Part shown: piece after piece, positions 26,901-41,586 of the stretch
How the letters are laid out: every line of letters starts with the position of its first letter
How positions within the stretch are numbered: the first letter of the stretch is position 1
NCBI GenBank assembly: GCA_964016885.1
Contig: OZ024756.1
Coordinates: forward strand, 8,928,001-8,992,000
Direction: 5' to 3'
DNA from: Eledone cirrhosa
Taxonomy: Eukaryota
DNA length: 64,000 bases
Notes under the pieces: model-generated
Databases searched by the model: none
What the model saw: the letters and a program-made list of their open reading frames with translations, nothing else
Told to the model about the DNA's origin: nothing
Translations under genes and position numbers: made by a program

Positions 26901-29900
26901 GGTCATCTGTGGTGACACAACAGTCCACCAGACTACAGGACAGTGACAGGAATGTAAGGAGCTGGTTACCAGGTCATCTGTGGTGACACAACAGTCCACC
27001 AGACTACAGGACAGTGACAGGAATGTAAGGAGCTGGTTACCAGGTCATCTGTGGTGACACAACTGTCCACCAGACTACAGGACATGAGAGGAATGTAAGG
27101 AGCTGGTTACCAGGTCATCTGTGGTGACACAACTGTCCACCAGACTACAGGACATGAGAGGAATGTAAGGAGCTGGTTACCAGGTCATCTGTGGTGACAC
27201 AACTGTCCACCAGACTACAGGACATGAGAGGAATGTAAGGAGCTGGTTACCAGGTCATCTGTGGTGACACAACAGTCCACCAGACTACAGGACAGTGACA
27301 GGAATGTAAGGAGCTGGTTACCAGGTCATCTGTGGTGACACAACTGTCCACCAGACTACAGGACATGAGAGGAATGTAAGGAGCTGGTTACCAGGTCATC
27401 TGTGGTGACACAACAGTCCACCAGACTACAGGACAGTGACAGGAATGTAAGGAGCTGGTTACCAGGTCATCTGTGGTGACACAACAGTCCACCAGACTAC
27501 AGGACATGAGAGGAATGTAAGGAGCTGGTTACCAGGTCATCTGTGGTGACACAACTGTCCACCAGACTACAGGACAATGACAGGAATGTAAGGAGCTGGT
27601 TACCAGGTCATCTGTGGTGACACAACAGTCCACCAGACTACAGGACAGTGACAGGAATGTAAGGAGCTGGTTACCAGGTCATCTGTGGTGACACAACAGT
27701 CCACCAGACTACAGGACATGAGAGGAATGTAAGGAGCTGGTTACCAGGTCATCTGTGGTGACACAACAGTCCACCAGACTACAGGACAGTGACAGGAATG
27801 TAAGGAGCTGGTTACCAGGTCATCTGTGGTGACACAACAGTCCACCAGACTAAGGGGACATGAGAGGAATGTAAGGAGCTGGTTACCAGGTCATCTGTGG
27901 TGACACAACTGTCCACCAGACTACAGGACAGTGACAGGAATGTAAGGAGCTGGTTACCAGGTCATCTGTGGTGACACAACAGTCCACCAGACTACAGGAC
28001 ATGAGAGGAATGTAAGGAGCTGGTTACCAGGTCATCTGTGGTGACACAACTGTCCACCAGACTACAGGACAGTGACAGGAATGTAAGGAGCTGGTTACCA
28101 GGTCATCTGTGGTGACACAACAGTCCACCAGACTACAGGACAGTGACAGGAATGTAAGGAGCTGGTTACCAGGTCATCTGTGGTGACACAACAGTCCACC
28201 AGACTACAGGACAGTGACAGGAATGTAAGGAGCTGGTTACCAGGTCATCTGTGGTGACACAACAGTCCACCAGACTACAGGACATGAGAGGAATGTAAGG
28301 AGCTGGTTACCAGGTCATCTGTGGTGACACAACAGTCCACCAGACTACAGGACAGTGACAGGAATGTAAGGAGCTGGTTACCAGGTCATCTGTGGTGACA
28401 CAACAGTCCACCAGACTACAGGACAGTGACAGGAATGTAAGGAGCTGGTTACCAGGTCATCTGTGGTGACACAACTGTCCACCAGACTACAGGACAGTGA
28501 CAGGAATGTAAGGAGCTGGTTACCAGGTTATCTGTGGTGACACAACAGTCCACCAGACTACAGGACATGAGAGGAATGTAAGGAGCTGGTTACCAGGTTA
28601 TCTGTGGTGACACAACAGTCCACCAGACTACAGGACATGAGAGGAATGTAAGGAGCTGGTTACCAGGTTATCTGTGGTGACACAACAGTCCACCAGACTA
28701 CAGGACAGTGACAGGAATGTAAGGAGCTGGTTACCAGGTCATCTGTGGTGACACAACAGTCCACCAGACTACAGGACATGAGAGGAATGTAAGGAGCTGG
28801 TTACCAGGTTATCTGTGGTGACACAACAGTCCACCAGACTACAGGACAGTGACAGGAATGTAAGGAGCTGGTTACCAGGTCATCTGTGGTGACACAACAG
28901 TCCACCAGACTACAGGACATGAGAGGAATGTAAGGAGCTGGTTACCAGGTCATCTGTGGTGACACAACTGTCCACCAGACTACAGGACAGTGACAGGAAT
29001 GTAAGGAGCTGGTTACCAGGTCATCTGTGGTGACACAACAGTCCACCAGACTACCGGACAGTGACAGGAATGTAATGAGCTGGTTACCAGGTTATCTGTG
29101 GTGACACAACAGTCCACCAGACTACAGGACAGTGACAGGAATGTAATGAGCTGGTTACCAGGTCATCTGTGGTGACACAACAGTCCACCAGACTACCGGA
29201 CAGTGACAGGAATGTAATGAGCTGGTTACCAGGTCATCTGTGGTGACACAACAGTCCACCAGACTACCGGACAGTGACAGGAATGTAATGAGCTGGTTAC
29301 CAGGTCATCTGTGGTGACACAACAGTCCACCAGACTACCGGACAGTGACAGGAATGTAATGAGCTGGTTACCAGGTCATCTGTGGTGACACAACAGTCCA
29401 CCAGACTACCGGACAGTGACAGGAATGTAAGGAGCTGGTTACCAGGTCATCTGTGGTGACACAACAGTCCACCAGACTACCGGACAGTGACAGGAATGTA
29501 ATGAGCTGGTTACCAGGTCATCTGTGGTGACACAACAGTCCACCAGACTACAGGACATGAGAGGAATGTAAGGAGCTGGTTACCAGGTCATCTGTGGTGA
29601 CACAACAGTCCACCAGACTACAGGACAGTGACAGGAATGTAAGGAGCTGGTTACCAGGTCATCTGTGGTGACACAACAGTCCACCAGACTACAGGACAGT
29701 GACAGGAATGTAAGGAGCTGGTTACCAGGTCATCTGTGGTGACACAACTGTCCACCAGACTACAGGACATGAGAGGAATGTAAGGAGCTGGTTACCAGGT
29801 CATCTGTGGTGACACAACTGTCCACCAGACTACAGGACATGAGAGGAATGTAAGGAGCTGGTTACCAGGTCATCTGTGGTGACACAACTGTCCACCAGAC

Positions 29901-32400
29901 TACAGGACATGAGAGGAATGTAAGGAGCTGGTTACCAGGTCATCTGTGGTGACACAACAGTCCACCAGACTACAGGACAGTGACAGGAATGTAAGGAGCT
30001 GGTTACCAGGTCATCTGTGGTGACACAACTGTCCACCAGACTACAGGACATGAGAGGAATGTAAGGAGCTGGTTACCAGGTCATCTGTGGTGACACAACA
30101 GTCCACCAGACTACAGGACAGTGACAGGAATGTAAGGAGCTGGTTACCAGGTCATCTGTGGTGACACAACAGTCCACCAGACTACAGGACATGAGAGGAA
30201 TGTAAGGAGCTGGTTACCAGGTCATCTGTGGTGACACAACTGTCCACCAGACTACAGGACAATGACAGGAATGTAAGGAGCTGGTTACCAGGTCATCTGT
30301 GGTGACACAACAGTCCACCAGACTACAGGACAGTGACAGGAATGTAAGGAGCTGGTTACCAGGTCATCTGTGGTGACACAACAGTCCACCAGACTACAGG
30401 ACATGAGAGGAATGTAAGGAGCTGGTTACCAGGTCATCTGTGGTGACACAACAGTCCACCAGACTACAGGACAGTGACAGGAATGTAAGGAGCTGGTTAC
30501 CAGGTCATCTGTGGTGACACAACAGTCCACCAGACTAAGGGGACATGAGAGGAATGTAAGGAGCTGGTTACCAGGTCATCTGTGGTGACACAACTGTCCA
30601 CCAGACTACAGGACAGTGACAGGAATGTAAGGAGCTGGTTACCAGGTCATCTGTGGTGACACAACAGTCCACCAGACTACAGGACATGAGAGGAATGTAA
30701 GGAGCTGGTTACCAGGTCATCTGTGGTGACACAACTGTCCACCAGACTACAGGACAGTGACAGGAATGTAAGGAGCTGGTTACCAGGTCATCTGTGGTGA
30801 CACAACAGTCCACCAGACTACAGGACAGTGACAGGAATGTAAGGAGCTGGTTACCAGGTCATCTGTGGTGACACAACAGTCCACCAGACTACAGGACAGT
30901 GACAGGAATGTAAGGAGCTGGTTACCAGGTCATCTGTGGTGACACAACAGTCCACCAGACTACAGGACATGAGAGGAATGTAAGGAGCTGGTTACCAGGT
31001 CATCTGTGGTGACACAACAGTCCACCAGACTACAGGACAGTGACAGGAATGTAAGGAGCTGGTTACCAGGTCATCTGTGGTGACACAACAGTCCACCAGA
31101 CTACAGGACAGTGACAGGAATGTAAGGAGCTGGTTACCAGGTCATCTGTGGTGACACAACTGTCCACCAGACTACAGGACAGTGACAGGAATGTAAGGAG
31201 CTGGTTACCAGGTTATCTGTGGTGACACAACAGTCCACCAGACTACAGGACATGAGAGGAATGTAAGGAGCTGGTTACCAGGTTATCTGTGGTGACACAA
31301 CAGTCCACCAGACTACAGGACATGAGAGGAATGTAAGGAGCTGGTTACCAGGTTATCTGTGGTGACACAACAGTCCACCAGACTACAGGACAGTGACAGG
31401 AATGTAAGGAGCTGGTTACCAGGTCATCTGTGGTGACACAACAGTCCACCAGACTACAGGACATGAGAGGAATGTAAGGAGCTGGTTACCAGGTTATCTG
31501 TGGTGACACAACAGTCCACCAGACTACAGGACAGTGACAGGAATGTAAGGAGCTGGTTACCAGGTCATCTGTGGTGACACAACAGTCCACCAGACTACAG
31601 GACATGAGAGGAATGTAAGGAGCTGGTTACCAGGTCATCTGTGGTGACACAACTGTCCACCAGACTACAGGACAGTGACAGGAATGTAAGGAGCTGGTTA
31701 CCAGGTCATCTGTGGTGACACAACAGTCCACCAGACTACCGGACAGTGACAGGAATGTAATGAGCTGGTTACCAGGTTATCTGTGGTGACACAACAGTCC
31801 ACCAGACTACAGGACAGTGACAGGAATGTAATGAGCTGGTTACCAGGTCATCTGTGGTGACACAACAGTCCACCAGACTACCGGACAGTGACAGGAATGT
31901 AATGAGCTGGTTACCAGGTCATCTGTGGTGACACAACAGTCCACCAGACTACCGGACAGTGACAGGAATGTAATGAGCTGGTTACCAGGTCATCTGTGGT
32001 GACACAACAGTCCACCAGACTACCGGACAGTGACAGGAATGTAATGAGCTGGTTACCAGGTCATCTGTGGTGACACAACAGTCCACCAGACTACCGGACA
32101 GTGACAGGAATGTAAGGAGCTGGTTACCAGGTCATCTGTGGTGACACAACAGTCCACCAGACTACCGGACAGTGACAGGAATGTAATGAGCTGGTTACCA
32201 GGTCATCTGTGGTGACACAACTGTCCACCAGACTACAGGACAATGACAGGAATGTAATGAGCTGGTTACCAGGTTATCTGTGGTGACACAACAGTCCACC
32301 AGACTACCGGAGAGTGACAGGAATGTAATGAGCTGGTTACCAGGTTATCTGTGGTGACACAACAGTCCACCAGACTACAGGACAGATAAGATAAGATGAG
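14954..32400 (+). mobile_element. RTE LINE 3' end hosting the satellite
   Basis: Left flank translates, across frameshifts, HVIRSS..TVLQGQVLGG..RQKENG/KKWEDNIPELT (RTE RT C-terminus). The repeat unit encodes ECKELVTRSSVVTQQSTRLQD. The right flank is R-stop plus a GATAAGATAAGATGAG tail. Confidence 0.75.
15091..32385. repeat. 71-bp satellite, ~243 copies
   Basis: Unit GACAGTGACAGGAATGTAAGGAGCTGGTTACCAGGTCATCTGTGGTGACACAACAGTCCACCAGACTACAG; very homogeneous, with some 70-bp variants. Confidence 0.98.
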
Positions 32401-32839
32401 AACTTTGTTAAATGTTTCTGAGGGTAAGGCATCGAAATAATTTTCCCACCCACTCGGAATATATTTAGAAGGAAATTGATAAAGTAATTCCTTCCGTTTT
32501 TTTATATTTAAATCTTGTTTGTGAATTTTACAATCATTTATAAATATCCTTCTTTTATTTAATATACACTTTTCACAATCGACATTCGTCACAAACATAT
32601 ATTGCTACTTCATTTTCGATTTGAAGTAACTTAAACTATGACATATATAAATGATTCTTATCTTGGCTGAACAATAAACCTTATTCAGTGATATATTAAG
32701 AGTTATTTTATCATTGCTGACAATGTGAAACCTGTGAACAGAGCCGAAAGGAAGTCGCTTTCTAATGTCACAGTACTGTTCTCTGTGTGGAAGATACCAT
32801 CTTGGTTGTTATCATATAACTTTCAGTTAGTTTCCATGG

Positions 32840-33193
32840 CAGAGGTTCTCAAATTGGGCGTTACTGCCCCTTCCCCCGGGGATGGAGGTGCCGATGAGAA
32901 AGTCCAGGGGGAGGGGGGGCTAAGCCTAAGGAGGTGGTGGAAAGATGATATAATAGTATATTAAATATCAAATTATATATATTATATATAAATATAGTAA
33001 AATATAAAATATATAATATTTATTTATACATAGTATATATTATATTATTTATTATATATAAATTAACCATTTTATTTATTATATATTATTTACAACTTGT
33101 ATGTAGGTAGGTCTGTCTGGAAATAGGGGGGGGGGGCTGAGGGTATTATATAGCCGTGAGGGTAGGATGATACCAAAAGTTTAAGAACCTCTA
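32840..33193. mobile_element. Probable hAT/Charlie-like MITE
   Basis: Imperfect TIRs CAGAGGTTCTCAAA / TTTAAGAACCTCTA; no clear TSD. Confidence 0.5.
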
Positions 33194-33459
33194 AGTTAAA
33201 GGTATGTGCTGCTCTATTTTTGGTCTTCTGGGCTTGGACCTTTTTTCTAAACGAATTGTATGCATAGTGTCGAGGGTGGATATAGGGAAGGATGGGGCAG
33301 GGAGAAGGACAAGAGCAAATTCAAGGACTGACCCGAGCGGTAAACATTCTAGTTACGTCACTGACCGCAAAACCTACTAATCCAGCATTCTGCTTAAAAC
33401 TCTACATTACTTCACCATACGTCAGGACATCTGTTCCTCACCAGGACAGTTCTCCAAAA

Positions 33460-33890
33460 AGGGGGTGAATTGGCAGAGTCGTTAGAACGTCGGATAGAAT
33501 ACTTTAGGGTATTCCAGCTCTCTGCTCACTGAGTTCAAATCCCACCGAGGTCAACTTTGTCTTTCATCTTTTCGAGGTCGATAAAAACGTACCAGTAAAG
33601 TACTGGGGTTGATTCTTCCTCTATATATCTTTCTCATTTCCTCTCTTTGGAAGAAGGTCGATAAAAACGTACCAGTAAAGTACTGGGGTCGTTTCTTGCT
33701 CTATATGTCTTTCTCATTTCCTCTCTTTGGAAGAAGGTCGATAAAAACGTACCAGTAAAGTACTGGGGTCGATTCTTGCTCTATATGTCTTTCTCATTTC
33801 CTCTCTTTGGAAGAAGGTCGATAAAAACGTACCAGTAAAGTACTGGGGTCGATTCTTGCTCTATATGTCTTTCTCATTTCCTCTCTTTCC
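33460..33890 (+). mobile_element. SINE whose 3' part is tandemly repeated (80-bp unit, ~4 copies)
   Basis: SINE head 33460-33575; AAGAAGGTCGATAAAAACGTACCAG recurs at 33651, 33731 and 33811. Confidence 0.82.
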
Positions 33891-34133
33891 CTGGAAGAAA
33901 TCTGCTGTACTCGAGCCTGGAGAGGGGTGGGCTCCTCCAGGGTTAAAATACCCAAGAAACGCCGTATGTCACTACGGCAACCCCTACCACTCTATCAGGA
34001 GTTACTGGACCATACTATACATATGTGTATACGTCAGGAAATAGTGTTTGACCCCGAGTACAGTCCCCATACAAATTATGTGTATTATGTGAAGGACTGT
34101 ATTAACTATTAGCTGTATTAAACAGACACAATC

Positions 34134-34207
<74 letters not shown>

Positions 34208-35188
34208 TTTAGTACAGCATTGACGAAGCTTTAGTATAGGGCCAAGCTAGCGTATATGCATAATCGGTCTGTAAATAAAAAAATATTAAATTGCAAAATG
34301 ATAAATGGAAAAATAAATTATTAGAAAATTAAAGGTTAAGGTGGCGAGATTTATATAATGAACTTACAGAGAGAGTCGTATATGGAAAAGTTAATCTCGA
34401 TAAGATATCAGGATGGGATATAGAGTAAAGATTTCGATTGTGAATCCCAGCCAGCACCCCCCAACCACGAGTCAGCCAGTTTCGAGTGGTATCGTCCAAC
34501 GAAAGAAATGGAAATTAATTTTTCCGAGTACTCTAGGAACGTAGCTAACTTAGGCCCCGGGAGTGCTAGCGGGGAGTCTACAACTTCGACAGGCCATCGT
34601 CTATACCAAACGTATATTATTAATTCACACATGAGGGGTTTATTTACGTGCCAGTAGAGACATGATACAGCTAACATTTATGCCTAAGCCTGGAGTTTAT
34701 AGGTATAAGTATAATATGGCGGCCAAAACAGGCGGCGCGGTGGGACCGGGACAAAGCATCCGCTCCCAGTAATTTCGTTTACCGAAAGAGGGGAAATTTA
34801 TTTTTCCAAGCACTCAAGGAAGGCTGAACTTTCCGAGTGCCCAGCACGCAGCCGGGAAAAGCCACCACATCAGTCTAAGGTAGCAACCCAATGAAAAGTG
34901 CAAATAGACCATAATTATTTTAAAGTCCCAGTTAGTCCGGGTTATAAGTAGTGTGGTTCTTTGGTGGGTAGGAGGTTATGAAAGGCGCATAATGACCTGA
35001 GTAAGGAAAGTTACAAAAAAATAATAAAAGCATGATACAAAGATAAAATACAAAGATAAAGATAAGATACAAAGATAAAGAATACATTGATAAAAATACA
35101 TTAATAAATTAATAAAAAATTATATATATATATATAGTAGTGAAAGGGTGAAGAATATCATGGCTGTACAAGAAGGGTTTTATTTACA

Positions 35189-35294
35189 GTATTAACAATT
35201 GTTTCATTGATCAGGTGAGTCTAAAGGCCGCTAATCACTCGAAGTTGCGTCACCTTAAATACAGTGTGTGTCTCTGATCAAATCATCGGAATCC
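35189..35294 (-). ncRNA. Hammerhead-like motif with long stem II insertion
   Basis: Minus strand: ggatt-CCGATGA-tttgatcag..ctgatcaat-GAAA-caattg-TT-aatac; U4-to-C core variant; lies between (TA)n tracts. Confidence 0.6.
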
Positions 35295-35359
35295 TGGAGG
35301 GTGTAAGACATGGCATTGGTATTTATAGATACATCGGGGAATCAAGTGAATGAAAACAT

Positions 35360-35431
<72 letters not shown>

Positions 35432-35434
<3 letters not shown>

Positions 35435-35576
35435 TCGTCCCAAGAAGACATACGTCAAGCAACTTGAGGACGATACTGGATGCACTGCGGAAGAACTGGC
35501 AAACGTTATGAGAGACAGAGATGGATGGAGGAAACGTGTTGTAGAAGGCCGAGCAAGCTCGACCTGATGATGATGA
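35432..35576 (+). mobile_element. RTE/RTE-X LINE 3' fragment in (TA)n
   Basis: GRPKKTYVKQLEDDTGCTAEELANVMRDRDGWRKRV..stop followed by a (TGA)n tail. Confidence 0.78.
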
Positions 35577-35590
35577 ATATATATATATGT

Positions 35591-35720
35591 GATGGCGTGT
35601 GGCTGAGTGGTTAGGGAATTGGATTCGCAATCATGAGGTTGTGAGTTCGATTCATGGACCAGGCGATGCGTTATGTCCTTGAGCAAGGCACTTTATTTCA
35701 CTTTGCTCCTTCTACCTGGA
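35591..35720 (+). mobile_element. tRNA-derived SINE head
   Basis: TGGCTGAGTGG A box and GAGTTCGATTC B box; homologous to the 6275 copy. Confidence 0.72.
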
Positions 35721-35921
35721 GTTGCGACCGATAGATAGTATTAGCAATTGGAAAGACCAACGGAAACATTGTTTCCTCGGTCCGATTTGACGAAAGTCGA
35801 TCGCTATATATATATATATATATATATACAATACACAATATGTAGAAAAGATAACACACCAGAGAGAGATATAGTGCGGAGAGTCTATGGCTCCGTTAAT
35901 TTATCGTAATATATATATATA

Positions 35922-35962
<41 letters not shown>

Positions 35963-36009
35963 GTGTGTGTGTGTGTGTGTGTCTGTGTGTATATATATAT
36001 ATATATGTG

Positions 36010-36106
<97 letters not shown>

Positions 36107-36354
36107 GCACACACTGCCAATTGTATTTTTTGTTGATATTTTTACCTCGAGATATTTTAACATTTAAAACCAAATCAGTTTGGTAATATCTTATCTCCTA
36201 TATTCTCTTTTTTATTCGGTGGCAAAATATTTTAAAGGTTAGGTAAGCGTTGTTGGGTCTGTTGGCGCCTTCAGTAAAACCAGACTTTATTAGTCTGATA
36301 AATTATCAGACCATTGCATGAATCAGTGGCTAATAAATCGGTTCTGAATTAAAT

Positions 36355-37070
<716 letters not shown>

Positions 37071-37199
37071 TCCCCATGGTAATATTGGTAATAATGGTGT
37101 GTCCGTGTGTCCGTTTATATATAGATGAGAAGATATCAGAAGATCCCGTTAAGGGTGAAAGCAGCCATTCTTTGCTTAAACTTTAATCTGTTATTTTAA

Positions 37200-37202
37200 T
37201 AC

Positions 37203-37270
<68 letters not shown>

Positions 37271-37650
37271 GTATGTGTGTATATATATATATATGTGTGT
37301 GTGTGTGTATATATATATGTGTGTGTGTGTGTATATATATATATGTATGTGTGTATATATATATATATGTGTGTGTGTGTAATATATATATATATGTATG
37401 TGTGTATATATATATATATGTATGTGTGTATATATATATATATGTATGTGTGTGTATATATATATATATAAGTGTGTGTATATATATATATATAAGTGTG
37501 TGTATATATATATATATAAGTGTGTGTATATATATATATATAAGTGTGTGTGTATATATATATATAAGTGTGTGTATATATATATATATAAGTGTGTGTA
37601 TATATATATATATAAGTGTGTGTGTATATATATATATAAGTGTGTGTGTG

Positions 37651-37704
<54 letters not shown>

Positions 37705-37979
37705 GTTAGACTCTATTGCCTCTACTGTTTCACCTCTCAAGATGTGTAAGATTAATTGATTTTTAATAAGTCGACAATGGCGTTCCTCAAAGGAAGACGA
37801 TACTCTTCAGAAGAGAAATACAAGAGGAATCTATCTTTAACCAATTTACCATTCTAGTTATTTACTTATTTGTTTGTTTACCTTGTTGGTGATAGCTACA
37901 CTAACAGTGCTCCAGTTAAACTGTTCACAGATGGTAGCCATCAAAGTCTCGCATTTCAACGCGACAAGAGTGTCTATCT

Positions 37980-38065
<86 letters not shown>

Positions 38066-38462
38066 CACATACACACACACAGATACATACACACACATGC
38101 ACACACACACATGCACACATACACACATACACACACATACACACACACACACATGCGCGCGCGCACGCACATACACACACGCACATGCACACAGACACAC
38201 GCACACACACATACACACACACATGCATAGACACACCCACACCTGCACACACACATGCGCGCGCGCACACAGACATGCACACATGCACATGCATACACAC
38301 ACGCACACACACACACATGCACACACACGCACATATACACACATACATGCATAGACACACCCACACCTGCACACACACATGCACACATGCACATACATAC
38401 ACACACGCACACACACACACACACACATGCACACACACGCACATGCACACACACACACACAC
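37200..38462. repeat. TA/TG and CA compound microsatellites
   Basis: 37200-37701 (TA/TG), 37983-38462 (CA-rich). Confidence 0.93.
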
Positions 38463-38669
38463 AGGGCCGGATTTAATGGGGAGGGGAAGCAAAGAGGGCA
38501 ACTGCCCTGGGCTCCCTGTAGTGAGGAGCCCCACCAACGACGGCTGTAGCAATTTATTTGTGCCCTCAGCTGGACTTTTTAGTTATAGGATGGTTAAACA
38601 TTTTGAATTTAATACCTGTATACCTGTATATATAACTTTTAAATCCCAATTACTGGCACCAAGCCTCAT

Positions 38670-38805
38670 ATAATTGTTTCTACTTTTGGCACAAGGCCAG
38701 CAAATACCCAGTGTATTACTGGTACATTATTTTATCGACCTCGTAAGGATGAAAGGCAAAGTTAACCTCGGCGGGATTTGAGATTAACTTTGCCTTTCAT
38801 CCTTA
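38670..38805 (-). mobile_element. Truncated SINE ending in a snap-back inverted repeat
   Basis: TAAGGATGAAAGGCAAAGTTAACCTC (38744) is followed by its near-exact reverse complement ending at 38805. Confidence 0.75.
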
Positions 38806-39885
38806 TAATATAATATAATATATATTATATAATATATATTATATATATATAATATATATTATATATATATTATATATATTATATTATATATTATATATAT
38901 AATATAATATAATATATATTATATAATATATATTATATATATATATATATTATATTATATATATTATATTATATATTATATATATAATATAATATAATAT
39001 ATATTATATAATATATATTATATTATATATTATATATATATAATATAATATAATATATATTATATTATATATTATATATATATAATATAATATAATATAT
39101 ATTATATAATATAATATAATATAATATATATTATATATATATAATATATATTATATTATATATTATATATATATAATATTATATAATATATATTATATAT
39201 ATATAATATATATTATATTATATATTATATATATATAATATAATATATATTATATTATATATTATATATATAATATAATATAATATATATTATATATATA
39301 ATATAATATAATATATATTATATATATATAATATATATTATATTATATATTATATATATATAATATTATATAATATATATTATATATATATAATATATAT
39401 TATATTATATATTATATATATATAATATAATATAATATATATTATATATATAATATATATTATATTATATATTATATATATATAATATAATATAATATAT
39501 ATTATATATATAATATATATTATATTATATATTATATATATATAATATAATATAATATATATTATATATATATAATATATATTATATTATATATTATATA
39601 TATAATATAATATAATATATATTATATTATATTATATATTATATATATATATAATATAATATAATATATATTATATATATATAATATATATATAATATAT
39701 ATTATATTATATATTATATATATAATATAATATAATATATATTATATATATATAATATATATTATATTATATATTATATATATATAATATAATATAATAT
39801 ATATTATATATATAATATATATTATATTATATATTATATATATATAATATAATATAATATATATTATATATATAATATAATATAT
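38803..39885. repeat. ~1.08 kb A/T-only low-complexity tract
   Basis: No G or C seen; built from TATAT, TATTA and TAATA permutations. Confidence 0.96.
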
Positions 39886-41239
39886 ACAACTTGGTACATA
39901 ATATAATATATACAACTTGGTACATAATATAATATATACAACTTGGTACAGGAGCTATAAAGTTCCTAGAAAGTCACACTTAGAAATAACTGTAAATACA
40001 GTTACTATAAATAATGGTTAGAGTACTCAGTCGATATCTAAAATATACGAAGTTCGACCCTTCGTAGCGGTCGATTGCCGCCATTTCTTTCTCTCCATAG
40101 AAGTATTTGTAGCAAAAATATCGTGTAAATAAAGTTTTATAGAAAATTTAGATTAAGAAGAAAGAATGGGATGTAGAATTTAAAAAATGGAAAAGGAATG
40201 GAATTGCAGGGTCTCTAGTGTCACAGAAGATTGGGGAGAGGTGAGGGTGATTGGGCTCAGGACCTAGGGCACGGTGGTAAAGGGACTGCACCCCGCGCAC
40301 AATGGCCAGCGACACCCACTGCAACAGCCACCCCCACCTCACGGGGTTCCTTCCTCAGACAGGCCGCTGTCCTTCCGATCTTGTGGAGGAGCTCGACAGT
40401 ACGGGGTCCAAGTACACCTGAGGTCTCGACGGTGACCAGGTGTGAAAGGGGAAGTGGCCGGACAATCTCCGGTATTTGACCCGATTTTCTAAGTTATTAT
40501 TTATATCAACCAACTGTCATTTCTACATTTGAGTTCATTACATTTCCTATACTATAATAATATAATTGAAGAATTAATTATATAAGCACGATCCACAATA
40601 GATAGCTAGTAAAAGCTAGTCTAGGTGATTGTAGTTAAAGAAACGAGAGCTAAACGACACCGTTTCCCTTTTTCTGTTGTCATTGCCTCTCACCCAGAAA
40701 GTAAACACTAGATTGTTTTCCTTAGCGAGATTGAATTAACTACACGGCTTCTTTCACGTGTGATATGTTGTTAGCGACATTTTTTTTTCTAACTGTGCTG
40801 CTTCTGTTTCTTAAACATTCACGTGGTTCACCAGAAACATAACATCTTGTGTGTACTCAGCAAGGTGTATGTCACGTGGTTCACCAGAAACATAACATCT
40901 TGTGTGTACTCAGCAAGGTGTATGTATATATGTAAGAAGGTAGCACATAACACAGGTTGCTTTAGAGACATAACAATACTTGAGGAGATTTATACATTCA
41001 TGTAGAAGTAAAAGTGAATAAAGAATGTTGACACGACACACCTGGCTGAAGTGGGGGGCGTAGAGAATACATTGATAACTTGAATATAGGTGTTTGGGGG
41101 GTGTAGTAGTATGGGGGAGGGGTGTAGTAGTATGGGGGAGGGGGTGCAATACTGTGTAGAACATGACACTGCCTTACAGATGGCAAATATCTTCCATTTA
41201 CCAGAGTCGGTAGAGTGTCTAACTAAATGCTTTGTGGTA

Positions 41240-41586
41240 CAGTTTTCCCCCGGTATTCGCGAGGGTTACGTTTCTAGAGTATCCGCGAATATTGGAAATG
41301 GTCCATAAAAATGCATATAAACGTCAAATTAGAACGTAAAATATAATTTTTAAAAAGGGGTGGCGCCTTATGTAAAGGGGCGTCCAATAGGCCGGCAAAT
41401 ACAGTATATTGTTATTAATAATTTACGTTTAAAATATATATATACTGCCACGAAAAAAAGCCATAAAAAAAGCGCGGAAGATATTTACTATTCCGCGAAT
41501 ATGCGGTGGCTTCCACGAACAATTATTAGTTAAGTTCTAAGGAAAATTCCGCGAATAATCGGGACCGCGAATGCCGGGGTACACTG
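41240..41586. mobile_element. pogo/Tigger-like MITE
   Basis: TA-CAGTTTTCCCCCGGTATTCGCG ... CGCGAATGCCGGGGTACACTG-TA; imperfect TIRs, TA flanks, internal CGCGAATA repeats. Confidence 0.65.

Noticed and set aside
14954-32600. LRR-like minus-strand peptides (SLVDCCVTTDDL, YLSLQDSIVDLEDL) and apparent AG/GT splice sites in each 71-bp unit, suggesting an exon array
   Set aside because: The plus strand explains the flanks and unit as an RTE RT C-terminus with tail; the peptides are its antisense reading, and the implied 37-nt introns are implausibly short.
34217-34259. Possible decayed hammerhead (gcat-TGACGA..GCTAGCG-TA-tatgc)
   Set aside because: GAAA and C3 are missing; too degenerate to call. 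A candidate at ~37715-37815(-) lacks a convincing stem II.
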